DNA of 63,970 nucleotides, filler included, from It is 9 parts of 9 records of this genome, joined end to end, with 100 filler letters (N's around TTAATTAATTAA, not from the genome) between each part and the next. Parts side by side here need not be neighbours in the genome. Positions count along the whole stretch, not along the records: positions 58,604 to 63,970 come from SRR31156797_77481; 8 more parts are not named here. One strand, 5' to 3'. Shown piece by piece: positions 61,275 to 63,970 of this stretch (position 1 is its first letter; each line of letters starts with the position of its first letter). The notes under the pieces were generated by a model. It saw only the letters and a program-made list of their open reading frames with translations, ran no database searches and was not told where the DNA came from. The position numbers and the translations under genes were made by a program.

Positions 61275-62942
61275 CTACGATTTGCCTTTGCCCTGACCTT
61301 CTGTGATGGTGACGACCCGGTCGGCGGGGACGTTCTCGATGAGGTCCTTGCCGCCACCCAGCCACTGGATTTCGATGCGATCGACCTTCTCGTGTGCACC
61401 CAGGCCGAAGTGCAGGCGCATGCCGAAGTGGCTCTGATAGCCGCGCCCGCTATGGACTTCAGCGCAGCGCTTCAGATCGCCTGCGATGATGGTAACGTGT
61501 GAGCCGATTCCATCGCGGTTGGCCCGGGCGCCTTGCAGGCGGACGCCCAGCCAGTGGTGCTTGTTGGGCGTGTCGTTGCGGAGCAGCGTTGGTCCTCGGC
61601 GCGAATTGGAGATCACCACGTCGATGTCACCGTCGTTGTCCAGATCGTCGAAGCCCGCACCGCGACTGCTCAATACGACGTTCATCCCGTCGCCGGCCTG
61701 CTGGGAGACGTTCACAAACTTCTCGTCACCCCGGTTCTCCATGAGTTGATTCGGTGCGTGGTACGATGTTGTCCGATCGAAGCGCTCGACGTTGTCCTGG
61801 AGGTGCCCGCACGAGATGAAGAGATCCAGGTCGCCGTCATTATCGAAATCGGCGAATCCATTGCCCCAGGTGACGTGGCCGTACGTTTGCCCGCCCGCCC
61901 CGGTCGCCCGTGTGACATCCTCGAAGGTTCCGCCGCTCAGGTTGCGATACAGCGTGGCCCAGTCGCGCTGGTAGGACGTAACATGGAAATCCAGCAAGCC
62001 ATCGTTGTTGTAGTCGCCGCAATCGACGCCCATCGTCCCTTGGGCATGGCCGGCCAGATCGTAGGCCAGGCCGGTCAGCAGGCCAACCTCTTCGAACCGG
62101 CCGGAGCCGTCGTTCTCGAAGATCGAATTGCCGGCCACATCGTTGCCGACGAATACGTCCGTGTCGCCATCGTTGTCATAGTCGGCGCAGACCATGCCCA
62201 TGCCGGTGCCTTTGTGGGCGGCGATGCCCGAGGCGACCGAGATGTCGGTGAAAGTGCCGTCGCCATTGTTGCGGTACAGGGTGTCGGGCGTGCCGTCGTA
62301 GTTCAGCGGTCCTACGTAGGCCGGGTGGCCGTTAAAGCGAGCAACCTGGTGGTTATCGTAGGTGAAATCGACGTAGTTGGCCACGTATAGATCGAGATCG
62401 CCGTCCTTGTCGATATCGAGAAAGCACGTGCCGGCTCCGACCCGATGCCCGTTGCCGACGCCCGCTTTCTCGGTGACATCCGTGAAGGTGCCATCGCCAT
62501 TATTGCGATAGAGCACGTTGGCGCCGTAGTTGTTGAGGTAGAGGTCGCGGTCTCCGTCGTTGTCGTAGTCGCCGGCCGCGACACCCAGGCCGTAGCCTGT
62601 ATCACCCACGCCGGCCTGCGTCGTGACATCGGTGAAAGTCCAGTTGCCATCGTTGCGATAGAGGGCATTGCGCGGTGTGGTTTTTGCGGTCGCTCCCTTC
62701 AACGGCGCGCCGTTGAGGAAGTAGATGTCGATGTCCCCGTCGTTGTCGTAGTCGAACAGGGCCAGCCCCGCCGTGACGGTTTCGACAATGTACCGCTGAC
62801 CCGAATTGCCGTCGGTGTGGACGAAAGAAACGTCCGATTGGCGTGAGACATCCGTCAACGTGATGCCACAGACCTGGGGCGACAGGCAGGTAGCCAGGAG
62901 CAGGGCGATCAGCAAGAACAGTCGGTCCGTTCGATGTCGCAT
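61275..62942 (-). CDS. CRTAC1-family protein (FG-GAP repeats + ASPIC/UnbV)
   Basis: DYDNDGDxDL repeats; NRDGIG, SGRGYQS, LHFGLG. Confidence 0.92.
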   Translation of the reverse strand: MRHRTDRLFLLIALLLATCLSPQVCGITLTDVSRQSDVSFVHTDGNSGQRYIVETVTAGLALFDYDNDGDIDIYFLNGAPLKGATAKTTPRNALYRNDGNWTFTDVTTQAGVGDTGYGLGVAAGDYDNDGDRDLYLNNYGANVLYRNNGDGTFTDVTEKAGVGNGHRVGAGTCFLDIDKDGDLDLYVANYVDFTYDNHQVARFNGHPAYVGPLNYDGTPDTLYRNNGDGTFTDISVASGIAAHKGTGMGMVCADYDNDGDTDVFVGNDVAGNSIFENDGSGRFEEVGLLTGLAYDLAGHAQGTMGVDCGDYNNDGLLDFHVTSYQRDWATLYRNLSGGTFEDVTRATGAGGQTYGHVTWGNGFADFDNDGDLDLFISCGHLQDNVERFDRTTSYHAPNQLMENRGDEKFVNVSQQAGDGMNVVLSSRGAGFDDLDNDGDIDVVISNSRRGPTLLRNDTPNKHHWLGVRLQGARANRDGIGSHVTIIAGDLKRCAEVHSGRGYQSHFGMRLHFGLGAHEKVDRIEIQWLGGGKDLIENVPADRVVTITEGQGKGKS

Positions 62943-62946
62943 TGGG

Positions 62947-63969
62947 TCAATTCTCCTGCACCTGTTGAACCAGACGGCGGTATTCCGGACTTCGTGGGGC
63001 CAGTTGCAGGGCTTTGCGCGCCGCGGCCAGCGCGGCTTCGTGGTCACCCGTTCGATGACAGACTCGACCGAGGAAGGCGTAATTGGCCGCGATGGGAGCG
63101 CGGTCGACCGCATGCTGAAGAAGCTGCCGGACCTTCTTCAAATCGCCATTGTTGTCCCAGAGGAACCGCGCCAACGCCAGGAAGCCTTCCGGCCGATCCG
63201 GCGAGACCTCGATCACCATCTCGTATGCCTGCCGGGCCTCGGCCTCTTTGTTCTGCTCTTCGTAGATGCGGCCCATGAAGAAATAGGCCACGCCGTTGTC
63301 AGGTTGAGACGCGATGATCTGCTGGTACCAGGGCAGTGCCTCGGCGAAGCGCTCCGAACGCAGGTAGTAGTCGGCCAGGCCAAAGCGACAGGTGACGTTG
63401 TTGGGGTCTAGTTGGGCGGCCCGCTGCCAGAGTTGCTCCGCCAACCCCATCTGCTCGTCGGCCTGCAGGACGCGGGCGACGTCGGTGTGGGTGTGCGCGA
63501 CGCTGGCGCGAGTCAACCTGAGCGGATTGTAGGTGGCCCGCTTTTCTCGCGCGAGCCGGCGCTCCTGTTCTTCGACCTCCTTGAACCGTTGGCGATAGAT
63601 GTTTGCCTGCTCGCGCTGTCTCAGGCGGGCGGCCGCGGTGGCCAGGCCGTAGTAGGCTGTGCTCAGATTCGGGTCACGGGCCAGCGCCGCTTCGTAATGC
63701 CTCTGGGCGGCCTGGTATTCTTGCTTCTGGAGGTGCAGCTCGCCGAGGGCCAGGAAGCTTTCGGGGGCGTTCGGGAACAGCGCGGCGTTCTCAGTCATCG
63801 CGGTGATGGCTTCGTCGGACTTGCCCAGGGCCTTGAAAGCGTCGCCCAGGCGATAGCCAATGCCGGCCATTTTCGGATCGTACTGTCTGGCCTTCTCGAA
63901 GTACGTCACGGCCTTCTCATGCTCGCCTTCCTGCTGGGCGATGCGGCCGAGCTGGTCGTAGGCATCGGC
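62947..63969 (-). CDS. Tetratricopeptide repeat protein, 5' truncated
   Basis: Repeated A...LG......G...A...Y..AL..DP helices. Confidence 0.9.
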   Translation of the reverse strand, partial: ADAYDQLGRIAQQEGEHEKAVTYFEKARQYDPKMAGIGYRLGDAFKALGKSDEAITAMTENAALFPNAPESFLALGELHLQKQEYQAAQRHYEAALARDPNLSTAYYGLATAAARLRQREQANIYRQRFKEVEEQERRLAREKRATYNPLRLTRASVAHTHTDVARVLQADEQMGLAEQLWQRAAQLDPNNVTCRFGLADYYLRSERFAEALPWYQQIIASQPDNGVAYFFMGRIYEEQNKEAEARQAYEMVIEVSPDRPEGFLALARFLWDNNGDLKKVRQLLQHAVDRAPIAANYAFLGRVCHRTGDHEAALAAARKALQLAPRSPEYRRLVQQVQEN

Positions 63970-63970
63970 G

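Overview
This window is not one genomic locus. It is nine unrelated contigs, probably metagenomic, joined by 100-nt artificial linkers (44 N + TTAATTAATTAA + 44 N). Taxonomy below is inferred from gene content and composition. Contig 1 (1-7378, Desulfobacterota-like): TRAP transporter, ABC substrate-binding protein, then class III PHA synthase phaE-phaC, a tandem-GAF protein and a propionate/acyl-CoA transferase. Contig 2 (7479-14345): queA-tgt, NifU, Cache/PAS histidine kinase and sigma54 response regulator. Contig 3 (14446-24021): lysS-lolC/E-lolD-bamA-skp-lpxD-fabZ-lpxA-lpxI-Gfo/Idh/MocA. Contig 4 (24122-32285): nucleotide-sugar genes, comEA, DUF2760 and two atypical Hsp70s. Contig 5 (32386-38462): 2-hydroxyacyl-CoA dehydratase subunits, acyl-CoA dehydrogenase, PACE pump with LysR. 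Contig 6 (38563-45140, FCB group/Marinimicrobia-like): rpmH-rnpA-yidD-yidC, then a YtrA-type GntR/ABC exporter operon and birA. Contig 7 (45241-51421, Bacteroidota-like): S9 peptidase, NigD, thioredoxin, vanadium haloperoxidase-like PAP2, VCBS protein. Contig 8 (51522-58503, Alphaproteobacteria-like): aa3 oxidase genes, kbl-tdh, tusA-mvhD-hdrA. Contig 9 (58604-63970, Planctomycetota-like): GH29 fucosidase, CRTAC1-like and TPR proteins. The most striking signal is in contig 6. The apparent 617-nt gap between the GntR gene and the ABC ATPase holds an array of four paralogous cationic micropeptide genes (18-30 aa) missed by the ORF track. They share the motif Y-x3-[LM]-S-[IS]-R-x-[VLI]-[RK], three sit behind an identical 20-nt leader, and they differ by synonymous substitutions. 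This suggests a self-contained regulator-peptides-exporter system.
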